64,000 nt of DNA from Nitrosopumilaceae archaeon (lineage in GTDB: Archaea; Thermoproteota; Nitrososphaeria; Nitrososphaerales; Nitrosopumilaceae): assembly GCA_965214835.1 (NCBI GenBank), contig CBDCCK010000002.1, forward strand, positions 3,145,352 through 3,209,351, written 5' to 3'. Every line of letters begins with the position of its first letter. Position 1 is the stretch's first letter. The notes below the pieces were generated by a model. It ran no database searches, was not told the DNA's origin, and was given only the letters and a program-made list of their open reading frames with translations. The position numbers were made by a program, and so were the translations under genes. Of the stretch, positions 19,290 to 29,494 are shown piece after piece.

Positions 19290-19869
19290 TACAGTCCCAT
19301 GTGAAACACAGTATAAAACAAGTTTGTTTTTGATAGTCTGTTGCACAACCTTGGTTTTAGGCACAAAAAATTAGCCGTTTTTACGCGTTCAGGCACGGTT
19401 ATGCAACAAGCTAATGAAGTGGGAGCGTTTTTCAAAGAAATTGCAAATCTTCTAGCTCAATCAAGCGGAAGTCAACTTTGTTCAAGTGGTGTTCATTCTG
19501 TTCAAGCATATACTGAAGGAACATTAGAAATTCATTACCACATAGACAATGTTGGACAAGAAATACGAATTACAGACCACTGTGTCATCCCCCACTCCTA
19601 ATTTTACACCCATGCCTGAGAGTTGATTTGAAATTAGCAAATTCTGTACAACATCAGGTTCTATTTAAACCGGTCAGGGAACTCAGTCTTCCCAGAAGTA
19701 ACCGACTTGTGGAGGTGCAGGAAGCGACATGCGAATCTGCAGGCGCCCTTATTTGAATTGTTTCGAGCCGGGGATAATTTGACGTGGTACTTCTGGGAAG
19801 ACTGCCATATGAGGCAGATTCTAATTGGCACCACAGGACCGCTTAGATGGGAGCGGACGCCGTTTGGAT

Positions 19870-20481
19870 CTATGTCCCGTGGATTTCACTGCCGTACTCC
19901 CTTTCTATTGCCGAGCTTGACAGCGCTGGAATCGGCGACTGCAGCCTGGCCACGGTCACTCCCAGGTTGATCTTTTTACAGCCGTCAATGATTGATCTCT
20001 CCTGGTGCGCCTGATCATATCCCAGCGCGATAATCTGCGGCCTTATCAGGTCTACCGTCTTGAAGATATCAGAGTCATCGCCCACTACTGCGGCATCAAC
20101 TATCCCCAGTGCGTCCACAAGGAGCCTTCTTTGATCCTGGTTGTGCAACGGCCTGCGCTTTTTCATCCTTACCGCGGTGCTGTCTGTCGCTATGACTACC
20201 ACCAGGATGTCCCCCAGCTTTTTTGCCTCGTTTAGCGTGTGTATGTGGCCCGGATGGATTATGTCAAAGACGCCCCCGGCCAGGACGATCTTTAGCATCC
20301 CCCTGCCCTTGGCTGAGATTGATCCCGCGCCCGGCTCTACCAGTCCCCCGGACTCTAGGCCTTCCAGCGACTTGGCTGCCTCCGGCCCGGCATGCCTTTT
20401 CTCAAGGACGTCTCCCAACTCCTGTCCCGTCAGGCCCGCGATGTACAGCGACGACAGGGCCTCCCTTTCCTCCCGGTTCAC
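19870..20481 (-). CDS. ribL: FAD synthase-like cytidylyltransferase-family protein
   Basis: GGVFDIIHPGH (HxGH), IALGYDQ and SSSAI. Confidence 0.8.
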   Translation of the reverse strand: MNREEREALSSLYIAGLTGQELGDVLEKRHAGPEAAKSLEGLESGGLVEPGAGSISAKGRGMLKIVLAGGVFDIIHPGHIHTLNEAKKLGDILVVVIATDSTAVRMKKRRPLHNQDQRRLLVDALGIVDAAVVGDDSDIFKTVDLIRPQIIALGYDQAHQERSIIDGCKKINLGVTVARLQSPIPALSSSAIEREYGSEIHGT

Positions 20482-20519
20482 GTACTAGTACACGGCCCGC
20501 CCATTCATTAACTCATCGA

Positions 20520-21557
20520 CTACATTTTTGGATCTATGCCCCTGGCCATGCGTAGCGCGTCGACTAGGCCGTCTGCATACCCTATGCTCAGGACTGCAAC
20601 CTCGTCTTTTCCCTCCTGCAAGAACAGCTCCGCGTCCCTGATGTACAGCTCCGCGTTCTCTATGACCGGCCCAAACTCCTTTGAGCCCTCATAATGCGGC
20701 GCGATCTCCTTCAGCGCCTCTCTGACCATCGGGACATATTTTTCGATCATTTGCGAGGAGATCTTTTTTGCAGCATCCGAGTTGTTGCAAGGCTCATCCA
20801 AGCACCGCGTCAGCGCCCTCAGCGCGTCGGCCTCCGTAAAGTGCATCCTGCCCGGGATGATTATTGCATGCGGGGGGCCTCCAAAGTCCGTCTCTGCCAG
20901 CCTGGAGACCCTGCCCGATATGATGCCCTGATCCCTGAGCCCGATCCGCGACGCCACTATTGCAAACGTCTCTGAGCCGATCACCTTCCGCATCTGGCCC
21001 CGCTCTGCCCCCAGAAGGTGCCCCAGCGCCGTTTTTGGATCCAAAAAGAGATCCCTGTCCTGGTCGTACTCTAGCAGCAGTACGGTGTGGTTTCCCTCAA
21101 TGAGGTTCCTATATACTATGTAGTATGGCGTAGTCACCGACGCGGGATCATCCATGACCGTTGCAATGCGTCCGACCTTGTAGTAGTGTAGGCCGCATTC
21201 CCCTATCATGGAGGTGATCGACGAGGCGCCGTGGACCGTGCCGGTCTTGATTCTGCCCTCCAGCGCTCTGATCCTCAGCTCCACGTGCGTGGTCGCAATG
21301 TACGGATCCCCGTATGACAGCAGGGCGACCTTTTTCACTTTTGCGTTTTTTAGGATCTCGCCTCCGTCCTCGACCGTCCACCTTCTTGCAAGCCTGAACT
21401 CCCCCCTGACATGCTTTTTTATCCTCGAGAGCTCCGCCTTGGCGACAGGACTGGTAAACTGCTCCAGGTATACGAGATCTGCCTCCTCGATTATCCTCAA
21501 GCCCTCAACGGGGATCGAGTCATAGCCTGAAATCCCGGTTCCGACAAACCAGAGCAT
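20520..21557 (-). CDS. dph5: Diphthine synthase with a C-terminal DUF357-like domain
   Basis: WFVGTGI, LEQFTS, GDPYIATTH, GLHYYKVG and NHTVLLLE. Confidence 0.92.
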   Translation of the reverse strand: MLWFVGTGISGYDSIPVEGLRIIEEADLVYLEQFTSPVAKAELSRIKKHVRGEFRLARRWTVEDGGEILKNAKVKKVALLSYGDPYIATTHVELRIRALEGRIKTGTVHGASSITSMIGECGLHYYKVGRIATVMDDPASVTTPYYIVYRNLIEGNHTVLLLEYDQDRDLFLDPKTALGHLLGAERGQMRKVIGSETFAIVASRIGLRDQGIISGRVSRLAETDFGGPPHAIIIPGRMHFTEADALRALTRCLDEPCNNSDAAKKISSQMIEKYVPMVREALKEIAPHYEGSKEFGPVIENAELYIRDAELFLQEGKDEVAVLSIGYADGLVDALRMARGIDPKM

Positions 21558-22687
21558 TATTTCCTCTGCATCTTTTTGTCGTGAAGTCGCTTGAGGTGCT
21601 GCAGCGTCCTTTTGAGCACCTCGATTCCCCGGAGATACTCGTCAATGGAGACCCTCTCGTCAACCGTATGCGCCTGGTGCGGATCCCCCGGGCCGTATGT
21701 TACCACCGGAATGTTCAACTGGTTGCCGATTACGTTCATGTCCCCGGTTCCCGTCTTTCTGATCAGCATGGGCCTCGTGTCCTCCACATCTAGGATTCCC
21801 AGGGTGAACGCGCGAACCAGGGGCGAGCTGTGCGGTGCCTCGAAGGGCTCGGTCTCATCCAGTATAGAGTAAAACGCCTCTACCTCCCTCTCCCTTGCAA
21901 TCTCGCTTACCGCGCCTGCGATTTTTTCCTCCACTGCCTTGCAGTTCATGTCGACGGGGATCCGGATGTCCACAGTCGTCTCGCATTCTTTGGGCGTTAC
22001 ATTGTGGCTGGTTCCTCCCTTGATCTCGGTTATGGTGGCAGTCAGCAGCATGCCCTTTTTGCGATCTGCCTGGCCGGACTCTAGCGCGTCCTTGAGCCTT
22101 GCTGCAAACAGGGCGGACTCTTCGATTGCGTTTTTTGCCAGCCACGGCGCGCTGGCATGCGCGCTGTCCCCCACACTGATCCGCAGGCTGATTGCCAGGC
22201 GCCCCTTGTATGCAATCGTGACCTGCTTTAGCCCGCTTGGCTCCCCAAAAATGGCATAATCGACGTCCAGATCCTGCTTTACTAGGTTCTTGATGCCGGC
22301 CGCGTTTCCCTCCTCGTCCACTGCGCCAACAAACAATACCGTCCCGCTGTTGTTCTGTACTGCGGCTGCGGCAAACAGCATTGCCATCAGCGGCGCCTTT
22401 GCATCCGAGGCCCCCCTGCCGTAAAGGACGTCCCCCTCCCTCCTTACCCTGATCTTACCGGGCACTACGTCCATGTGTCCGCACAGCATGATCTTAGGCG
22501 AGCCCGAGCCCTTTCTTGCCAGGATGTTTCCCACCTCGTCAATCCTTATGTCCTCAAAGCCCAGATCGTCACACTTGTCTGCAAGAAACTCCGCCATCGG
22601 CTTTTCACAGAGTGACGGCGTGTACAGGCGAAGGGACTTTTCAAGCATCTTTACTGCGAATCTGGGAGTTACGGCAAAGGTGTCCAA
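21557..22687 (-). CDS. lysK: [LysW]-lysine/ornithine hydrolase (M20 family)
   Basis: CGHMDVV, GRGASDAK, DEEG, GEPSG and AHTVDE, within the lys/arg cluster. Confidence 0.9.
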   Translation of the reverse strand: MDTFAVTPRFAVKMLEKSLRLYTPSLCEKPMAEFLADKCDDLGFEDIRIDEVGNILARKGSGSPKIMLCGHMDVVPGKIRVRREGDVLYGRGASDAKAPLMAMLFAAAAVQNNSGTVLFVGAVDEEGNAAGIKNLVKQDLDVDYAIFGEPSGLKQVTIAYKGRLAISLRISVGDSAHASAPWLAKNAIEESALFAARLKDALESGQADRKKGMLLTATITEIKGGTSHNVTPKECETTVDIRIPVDMNCKAVEEKIAGAVSEIAREREVEAFYSILDETEPFEAPHSSPLVRAFTLGILDVEDTRPMLIRKTGTGDMNVIGNQLNIPVVTYGPGDPHQAHTVDERVSIDEYLRGIEVLKRTLQHLKRLHDKKMQRK

Positions 22688-22689
22688 CT

Positions 22690-23541
22690 TTATCCCTCCG
22701 AGCCCAGCGCATAGTCGATCATCATCGAGGGAATGTCCACCTCGCAGACCCTGACGGTGTTCTTGTACTCTGTCGTGTTGTTTACCTCGTGTACCACCAG
22801 TCCCCTCTCGTCGCTCTCCATCAGATCCACGCCCACTATCTGTCCCTGGACTGCGTTTTTGGCCTTGACACATATATCTTCCATCTCCCCCGTGACCGGG
22901 CAGGGCTCGGCCCTTCCCCCCAGCGCCATGTTGGTCTTCCAGTTGCCGTCGCCTGAGTTGCGGTATATTGCGGCGGCAACCTCGTCTCCCACCATGATGG
23001 CCCTGATGTCCCGGGGCGGCCTTTGGACGAACTCCTCCAGGTAGTGGATCTGGTAGATCGGGTACATTTTTTCCCGGCCCTCGATGATTCCGTCGGCCGC
23101 CTCCCTGTCGTTTAGCTTGGAGATCAGCCTGCCCCAGCTTCCCACCGTCGGCTTGATTACCATCGGATATCCCTGCGAGTCAAGGGAGTCCAGCGCCGCA
23201 TCCTTTGAGAATGCCACTGAGGCATACGGCGTGGGAACCCCGGACTTTTTTAGCAGCATGTGTGTGAACAGCTTGTTTCCTGCAAAGATTCCCGTGTTCA
23301 GGCAGTTAATCACGTTTACTCCCATGCCCTCCAGTGCCGCCGTCGAGTGCAGGTTTCTGTAATAGCTTACGCACCTTTGGAGGACCGGGCCATAGTCGTC
23401 TGGGACTTTTTTGTCCAGCTCCAGGGACAGTTTTTTGCAGTCTATGGCCCGTATGCCGACGTCCTTTTTCCTGCCGGCCTCCAAGAGGGCCTTTTCCTCC
23501 CATCGGATTGTATCATAAAGGACAGAGACTCCAGCGGTCAC
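22690..23541 (-). CDS. lysX: LysX/ArgX ATP-grasp ligase
   Basis: RWEEK, QRCVSYYR, KPTVGSWGR, WKTNMALGG and HEVNNTTEYKN. Confidence 0.9.
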   Translation of the reverse strand: MTAGVSVLYDTIRWEEKALLEAGRKKDVGIRAIDCKKLSLELDKKVPDDYGPVLQRCVSYYRNLHSTAALEGMGVNVINCLNTGIFAGNKLFTHMLLKKSGVPTPYASVAFSKDAALDSLDSQGYPMVIKPTVGSWGRLISKLNDREAADGIIEGREKMYPIYQIHYLEEFVQRPPRDIRAIMVGDEVAAAIYRNSGDGNWKTNMALGGRAEPCPVTGEMEDICVKAKNAVQGQIVGVDLMESDERGLVVHEVNNTTEYKNTVRVCEVDIPSMMIDYALGSEG

Positions 23542-23705
23542 TGCCCCCAATCCTCGCCGACCGTTTGGGCAGGCTTTAACTCAAAACCGTCTCCTGACTT
23601 TGCAAGCTCAAAGCTTGCGCCGCATTCCGGGCAGGTAACGATTTCCCCCTCTAGCGCATCGCCTGGGATTGAAATTGCCGCGTCGCATTCGTCACAAGTT
23701 GCCAT
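23538..23705 (-). CDS. lysW: Amino-group carrier protein LysW, copy ending EDWGQ
   Basis: MATCDECDA...CPECGASFEL...GEDWGQ*. Not in ORF track. Confidence 0.88.
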   Translation of the reverse strand: MATCDECDAAISIPGDALEGEIVTCPECGASFELAKSGDGFELKPAQTVGEDWGQ

Positions 23706-23716
23706 GCTGTATCTCC

Positions 23717-24892
23717 TTACTGACCGTGTTTGTCATCACTTATCTTCTTTTCTAGCCTGTCCTCTAGCGGGATTTCCAAAAGATCGCCCATCCTCAGGTT
23801 CTTCAGGCCCGCCGCAATGGATCTTGCATGCTCGTCATTTTTGTCCAGCCCCAGCAGCGTCATCAGGTAGGACGCGCCCGTCTTTCCGGCAAGCTCCCCA
23901 AATACAATCCTCCTCCTGTTGCCTACCACCCTCGGGGGAATCGGCTCATACGCTGCCGGGTTTCTCAGGATTGCGGCAAGATGCGTGCCTGCCTTGTGCT
24001 TGTATGCCGACATGCCCACGACCGGCTTTGAGTCATATGGCCTGACTGTGGTGTACTCCTCAATCAGCCTTGAGAGATCCTGCAGCATGTCCAGCCTAAA
24101 GTCGTTTGGCGACTTGTAGAGGTATGTCAGTGCGACTGCCACCTCCGCCAGCGCGGGAATTCCAGTCCTCTCCCCGATTCCGTCGATGGTCGTGTGGATC
24201 TGATCGGCGCCCGCATCGCATGCAGCAAATGCGTTTGCCAGCGCAAAGCCGATGTCGTTGTGCACGTGTGCGTCAAGCGGAACGTCGATTACGCCCCTCA
24301 CCTTCTTGACAAAGTTGTACATTCCAACGGGCCTCATAATCCCCACGGTATCCGGAAGGCTGATTCGATCCACCCCTGCATCCTCAAGCGCGCTGCATAC
24401 TTTAAGCAGGAATTCCGGCTCCGCCCTGCTTCCGTCCTCGACGGTGAATCTGATCCTCAGCCCGTGCGACTTTGCGTACTCTACCGTCCCGACCGCCCTC
24501 TCCAGCGCCTCCTCCCTTGAGATCCGGAGCTTGTCCCTGAGGTGTATGTCAGAGACCCCCAGGTATGCGGCGGCCCACTTTGTATCGCACCTCAGCGTTG
24601 TGTCTATGTCCTCCCTGAGCGCCCTCCCGTGCGAGACAATGTCTGCGCGCAGGCCCTGCCGGATTATTGTCTTGGTCGCCTCCTCGTGATCCTTGGAGAC
24701 TATGGGGGAGATCTCGATTTGATCAACTCCGAAATAGTCCAGCATCCACGCAATCTGTATCCTCTGCTTGTTGGTAAACGACACTCCCGGGTGCTGCTCG
24801 CCCTCGCGCAGCGTGCTGTCAAGCACCCTGATCCTTTTTGGATTCTCGTCATACCCGTTGTACAGGTCTGCATAGTGGTTTGGCTCCATCAT
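23717..24892 (-). CDS. Homocitrate synthase (LeuA family)
   Basis: LDSTLREGEQ, LPDTVG, HVHNDIG, GIGERTG and HKAGTH, within the lys cluster. Confidence 0.9.
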   Translation of the reverse strand: MMEPNHYADLYNGYDENPKRIRVLDSTLREGEQHPGVSFTNKQRIQIAWMLDYFGVDQIEISPIVSKDHEEATKTIIRQGLRADIVSHGRALREDIDTTLRCDTKWAAAYLGVSDIHLRDKLRISREEALERAVGTVEYAKSHGLRIRFTVEDGSRAEPEFLLKVCSALEDAGVDRISLPDTVGIMRPVGMYNFVKKVRGVIDVPLDAHVHNDIGFALANAFAACDAGADQIHTTIDGIGERTGIPALAEVAVALTYLYKSPNDFRLDMLQDLSRLIEEYTTVRPYDSKPVVGMSAYKHKAGTHLAAILRNPAAYEPIPPRVVGNRRRIVFGELAGKTGASYLMTLLGLDKNDEHARSIAAGLKNLRMGDLLEIPLEDRLEKKISDDKHGQ

Positions 24893-25007
24893 ACAGATAT
24901 CGGTGCCAGGCCTTTGAAATATAAACATAATTGTGCCAAATTCGCCGGTATTTCGCCAAAACGATCCGAATACAGGCAAAAAACATGGGTCGCATGCGAT
25001 ACTCGTC

Positions 25008-25427
25008 TTACTTTACCTTTCTTAGGATTATCACGGTATTGGTATCCATAACGCCCGAGATTTTTCTTAGCGCGTCAATCGAGGAGTTGATCTCAGAGAT
25101 GCTCGTGGCGCTAATGATTACCGTGATGTCATACTGCCCCGTGATTTCATAGACCGTCTTTACGCCGTCTAGCGCCGTAAGCTTTGAGGATACCTTTGCA
25201 GTGTCCGTTGACGAGTCTACGGAGACCAGGACGATGGCGCTAGTCGCGTTCTCCTCGCCCAGCTCAATCGTGAACTTGCTGATGGTGTTGTTGTCTACAA
25301 GGTTTTTTACCCTCCGCCTGACTGCCGATTCTGAGAGCTTTAGCCTCTTGCCTATATCCACAAACGACTCCCGTGAGTCGTTTTTCAGGTATCCGATGAT
25401 TCTCTCGTCGATCTTATCCTTGTACAC
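25008..25427 (-). CDS. lysM: Lrp/AsnC regulator LysM
   Basis: HTH LSESAVRRRVKNL and YEITGQYDI, within the lys operon. Confidence 0.88.
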   Translation of the reverse strand: MYKDKIDERIIGYLKNDSRESFVDIGKRLKLSESAVRRRVKNLVDNNTISKFTIELGEENATSAIVLVSVDSSTDTAKVSSKLTALDGVKTVYEITGQYDITVIISATSISEINSSIDALRKISGVMDTNTVIILRKVK

Positions 25428-26595
25428 TTTTCCTCTGCTCCTCGTTGGCAAATAACACGTCCAGTATTTCTAAAGCTTTCGACACGTCCTCTTCTGTGAT
25501 TACCAGCGGCGGGAGCAGCCGGAGTATGTTGCGCCCAGAGTAGAGTAGCATCAGCCCGCGGTTTATCCCGTCAAGCAAAATATCCCTGACATCGAGTTTC
25601 AGCTCTACTCCGATCATCAGTCCCTTGCCCCTTACCTCCCTGATCAGGTCGTGTCTCTCCTGCAGCCCCCGGAGCCCCTCCATGAGCCTGTCCCCCATCC
25701 GCTCCGAGTTCCCGATCAGCCCGTCCTGCGTGATTGCCGTCAGTGCTGCAGTTCCTGCCGCACAGGACAGCGGGTTGCCCCCGAAGGTCGACGAGTGCTC
25801 GCCCTTTTTCATTGCGCTCAGAATTTCAGACCTTACCAGCGTCGCCCCCATCGGAACCCCGCCTGCGATTCCCTTTGCCAGGCACAGTATGTCCGGAACC
25901 GTCTGCCAGTGCTCTGAGGCCCACAGCCGGCCCGTCCTTCCCAGTCCCGCCTGGATCTCGTCAAAGATCAGCAGGATCCCCTTCTCGTCGCAAATCCTCC
26001 TTGCCTCCTGTAAGAACCCGTCCGGCGCGACGTGGATTCCGCTCTCTCCCTGTATCGGCTCCATTATGACAAAGCCGGTCTCCTCGGTGACTGCGTCCCT
26101 TAGCGCGCCTGCATCCCCAAACGGGGTAAATTGCGGCGCCTCTACGAGGGGTGCGAATGCCTTTTTGTACTTTGGGTTAAATGTCAGCGATAGCGCCCCC
26201 ATGGACTTTCCGTGGTAGGATCCCCTCATGGCTATCATGCCTTTTTTGCCGGTATACCTTCGCGCAAACTTTAGCGCCGCCTCAATGGCCTCGGCGCCGC
26301 TGTTGTTGAGATGGACCTGATCCAGTCCCTTTGGTGCAAGCCCCATCAGCGTCTCAAGGAACTCCTCGCGCGTCTTGTTGTAGACGGAGCTGTGTACCGT
26401 GATGATTTTGTCCAGCTGCTCCCTGATTGCGTCGGCCACCCTCTGGTTTTTGTGTCCGACTAGGGCGACCCCGTATCCCCCCATGCAGTCGACGTACTCC
26501 CTGCCGTCTGCATCCCACAGGCGGGCCCCAAGGCCCCTCTCCACCGTAACCGGGAAGCGCTGGTACAGGTTTCCCATGTATTGATCCTCAGTCAT
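25414..26595 (-). CDS. lysJ: [LysW]-aminoadipate/glutamate semialdehyde transaminase
   Basis: Class III PLP motifs NSGAEA, DEIQAGLGRTG, LAKG and STFGGNP. Confidence 0.92.
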   Translation of the reverse strand: MTEDQYMGNLYQRFPVTVERGLGARLWDADGREYVDCMGGYGVALVGHKNQRVADAIREQLDKIITVHSSVYNKTREEFLETLMGLAPKGLDQVHLNNSGAEAIEAALKFARRYTGKKGMIAMRGSYHGKSMGALSLTFNPKYKKAFAPLVEAPQFTPFGDAGALRDAVTEETGFVIMEPIQGESGIHVAPDGFLQEARRICDEKGILLIFDEIQAGLGRTGRLWASEHWQTVPDILCLAKGIAGGVPMGATLVRSEILSAMKKGEHSSTFGGNPLSCAAGTAALTAITQDGLIGNSERMGDRLMEGLRGLQERHDLIREVRGKGLMIGVELKLDVRDILLDGINRGLMLLYSGRNILRLLPPLVITEEDVSKALEILDVLFANEEQRKSVQG

Positions 26596-27392
26596 TTTTT
26601 AATTACCGTGCAGCTATCCTGCGCTATTGCCGTTGATATAGGATTTTCCCTCTGCCCGCTCCCGATCAGCGCGGTGGACACCCCCATGTCTAACGCCTCC
26701 GTTGCTGCCAGAATCTTCTTCTCCATTCCCGGTCCGATCTTTGGGCGGATTTGCCTTGCCTCCTCTAGCGACAGGCCTGTGACTAGCCTGCCGTCCATCA
26801 GCAGCCCGTCCACATCTGTGATGAACAGCACCTTGTCTGAGCCCACGCTTCCTGCCACGTATGCTGCAGCCCGGTCTCCGTCCACGTTGAGAAAGTCCGA
26901 CTCTTCGCTCATGGCTATGGGTGAGATTACCGGGACAAGCCCCTGATCCAGCAGCAACCTGACGAGCTTTGAGTTTACCTCTGTTATTTTGCCTGTATAC
27001 CCGCCATCAATTGCCTGCTTGCGCCCCTTTTCGTTGACGATTAGAAGCTTCTTTTTTCTGTCTGCCCTCATCACCCGTGCATCCATCCCCGACAGCCCGA
27101 TCGCGTTGATCCCGTGCTTTTGAAGCATCCTGACAATGTTTTTGTTGACCCTGCCGGACATTACCATCGTAAAGATCTCCGAGGTCTCCTTGTCCGTGTA
27201 CCTGCTTTTGATTCCGCTCGGGGACGTTACAAACCGCGGCTCCTTTCCCAGCTGTCCCGATACCCGGGTCACCTCCTTTCCCCCGCCGTGGACCAGGATA
27301 ACCCCCTCCTGCTCTGACACCCTTTTGATGTCCTCCATCGTTGACTCGTGGAGGCCGTCGACGACGCTTCCTCCGATTTTGATCGTGATCAT
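26592..27392 (-). CDS. lysZ: [LysW]-aminoadipate/glutamate kinase
   Basis: IKIGGS, LVHGGG, SRYTD, NVDGDRAA and GMEKK. Confidence 0.92.
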   Translation of the reverse strand: MITIKIGGSVVDGLHESTMEDIKRVSEQEGVILVHGGGKEVTRVSGQLGKEPRFVTSPSGIKSRYTDKETSEIFTMVMSGRVNKNIVRMLQKHGINAIGLSGMDARVMRADRKKKLLIVNEKGRKQAIDGGYTGKITEVNSKLVRLLLDQGLVPVISPIAMSEESDFLNVDGDRAAAYVAGSVGSDKVLFITDVDGLLMDGRLVTGLSLEEARQIRPKIGPGMEKKILAATEALDMGVSTALIGSGQRENPISTAIAQDSCTVIKK

Positions 27393-27394
27393 TT

Positions 27395-28441
27395 CTATAC
27401 CGGCGTCAGGGGCGTATACCGCAGTCCGTCCATCTCGTCGAATCCTGCCATGACATTCATGTTTTGAATGGCAGAGCCTGCGGCGCCCTTCATCAGGTTG
27501 TCTGATGCCGAGATTGCAACTAGCCTGCCGTTGTCCTCGTCCAGGTCAAATCCTATATCGCAAAAGTTTGAGCCCACTAGGAACTTTGGATCCGGGAATT
27601 TGTAAAGTCCTTTTTTATCACGTATGAGGCGCACAAACCTCTCCTCGCCGTAGGCCCTGCGGTATAGCCTCCATATCTCCTTTTCATCCATGTCCCCGTC
27701 TACAAACGTGTGGTTGGTGCAAAGGATTCCCCTCACTACGTCCACGGCATGGGGGCTCATTGAGACCTTGATGTCCCTGCCTGCAATCTCGCTTAGCTCC
27801 TGCTCGATTTCCCCGGTATGCCTGTGCTTTGCCGGCTTGTATGGACGGATTACGCCTGCCCTCATTGCATGCGCCGTACCGGAGCCCGAGCCTGCGCCAG
27901 ACGAGCCGATCTTTGAGTCAACGACAATGTGATCGGTGTCGATTAGATTTTCCCTGACCAGCGGGGCCAGTGCGAGCATCGAGGTCACGGCCATGCATCC
28001 CGGGCATGAGACCAGCCGTGCTTTTTTGATTTCCTCCCTGTGCAGTTCCGGAACGCCGAAGACCGACTTTGGCAGATAGTCGGGGTGCGGATGCTCCCAT
28101 CCATACCACTTGTCGTATGCCTCCGGCCTGTGCAGCCTGTAATCCGCACTGAGATCGATGATTTTGACCCCCCTGTCATACAACGCCTTTACGATTTCCG
28201 TGGCAGTGCCGTGTGGGACAGCGGTGAAGACCAGGTCGCAGCTGTCCGAGAGCCTGTCATAGTCCAGCTCCGAGAAGGTCATATCCGTAAAGCCCTTCAG
28301 GCTAGGCTGCACCCTGTGAAGATACTCCCCCACATGCTGCCTTGAGGTCACCGCCGTGATCTCTGCCTTTGGGTGGTTTATCAGGAGGCGCAGCGTCTCT
28401 CCGCCCACGTAACCTGATGCCCCGACGACGCCTACCTTCAT
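27395..28441 (-). CDS. lysY: [LysW]-aminoadipyl/glutamyl-phosphate reductase
   Basis: GASGYVGGE, DLSADYR, CPGC, HRHTGE and DNLMKGAAG. Confidence 0.92.
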   Translation of the reverse strand: MKVGVVGASGYVGGETLRLLINHPKAEITAVTSRQHVGEYLHRVQPSLKGFTDMTFSELDYDRLSDSCDLVFTAVPHGTATEIVKALYDRGVKIIDLSADYRLHRPEAYDKWYGWEHPHPDYLPKSVFGVPELHREEIKKARLVSCPGCMAVTSMLALAPLVRENLIDTDHIVVDSKIGSSGAGSGSGTAHAMRAGVIRPYKPAKHRHTGEIEQELSEIAGRDIKVSMSPHAVDVVRGILCTNHTFVDGDMDEKEIWRLYRRAYGEERFVRLIRDKKGLYKFPDPKFLVGSNFCDIGFDLDEDNGRLVAISASDNLMKGAAGSAIQNMNVMAGFDEMDGLRYTPLTPV

Positions 28442-28469
28442 GATATACTCCACCGATATGCAGTATAAT

Positions 28470-29327
28470 TTATTTCCTGACCTGGGATAGGGCGTACTGT
28501 ACCATTTCCTTTGGTATGTTCCTTTTGGAGACTCTTGCAAGTCCTTTGAACTCCACCGTATTGTTTACCTCGTGTACTACAAGTCCCCGATCCCCGTCCT
28601 CCATCATGTCTACTCCCAGGATTCCCCCGCCTACCGCCTCTGACGCCCTTATTGCAAGATCCTCCAGCTCCGGCGTGACCGGGCACATCTCGGGCTCTGC
28701 GCCCAATGCGATGTTTGTGGTAAACCCACCCTCGGATCTCCTATACATTGCCGAGACCACCTGGTCTCCCACCGTAACTGCCCTGATGTCCCTGGGTGGC
28801 CTCTGAATGATTTCCTGCAGGTAAAAGATTCTATCGTGCGGGCCGTCATTGATTTCCCGCATTTCAAGCACCGCATCCGTGGTGTCCGCGTCCCTCAGCG
28901 GGACGACTCCCCGTCCCCAGCTTCCGATCACCGGCTTTATCACCAGCGGATACCCGACCCTTTCCAGGTTCTCCTTTGCCGCGCTGGCAGTAAATGAAAA
29001 GTATGTCTTGGGCGTCGGGACGCCCCCCTTCTTTAGCAGCAGCGACATGAACATCTTGTTTCCGCAGCTGCTTGCAACGGCGAAGCTGTTGACCACAGGA
29101 ACCCCGAGAAACTCCAGCGCCGATGTGAAATGCAGTCCCCGGAAATAGCTGACACACCTTTCCAAGACGACGTCCCCGAAATCAAAGTCGTCCCTTTTGC
29201 TGTCCGTGCTGATTTGCGTGGTTTTGGCGTCAATTGCCCCCGTATCGTGCCCAAGCCCCAGGGCCTCCTTCTGAAGCATCTTCTCCTCAGACCTCAGCCG
29301 GTCAAACACGATGCGGACCCTTGACAT
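28470..29327 (-). CDS. LysX/ArgX ATP-grasp ligase, second paralogue
   Basis: RSEEK, ERCVSYFRG, KPVIGSWGR and HEVNNTVEFKG; follows argG-lysW. Confidence 0.9.
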   Translation of the reverse strand: MSRVRIVFDRLRSEEKMLQKEALGLGHDTGAIDAKTTQISTDSKRDDFDFGDVVLERCVSYFRGLHFTSALEFLGVPVVNSFAVASSCGNKMFMSLLLKKGGVPTPKTYFSFTASAAKENLERVGYPLVIKPVIGSWGRGVVPLRDADTTDAVLEMREINDGPHDRIFYLQEIIQRPPRDIRAVTVGDQVVSAMYRRSEGGFTTNIALGAEPEMCPVTPELEDLAIRASEAVGGGILGVDMMEDGDRGLVVHEVNNTVEFKGLARVSKRNIPKEMVQYALSQVRK

Positions 29328-29494
29328 TACTCTCCCCAGTCTTCGCCTACGCTTTCTGCTTCCTTTAGCTCCACGCTGGATCCTTGCTTCTTTGCGATCT
29401 CATAGTCTGCACCGCAGTCCGGGCAGGATACGATCTCGCCTACGGCTGCGTCATCTGGGATTGCCATATCTGCGTCACATTCTGGACAGTTCAT
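29327..29494 (-). CDS. lysW: Amino-group carrier protein LysW, canonical EDWGE
   Basis: MNCPECDA...CPDCGADYEI...GEDWGE*. Not in ORF track. Confidence 0.92.
   Translation of the reverse strand: MNCPECDADMAIPDDAAVGEIVSCPDCGADYEIAKKQGSSVELKEAESVGEDWGE

Noticed and set aside
19341-19620. AT-rich ORF ending IHYHIDNVGQEIRITD (RelE-like tail?)
   Set aside because: Only a weak resemblance, with no partner gene or other supporting motifs.
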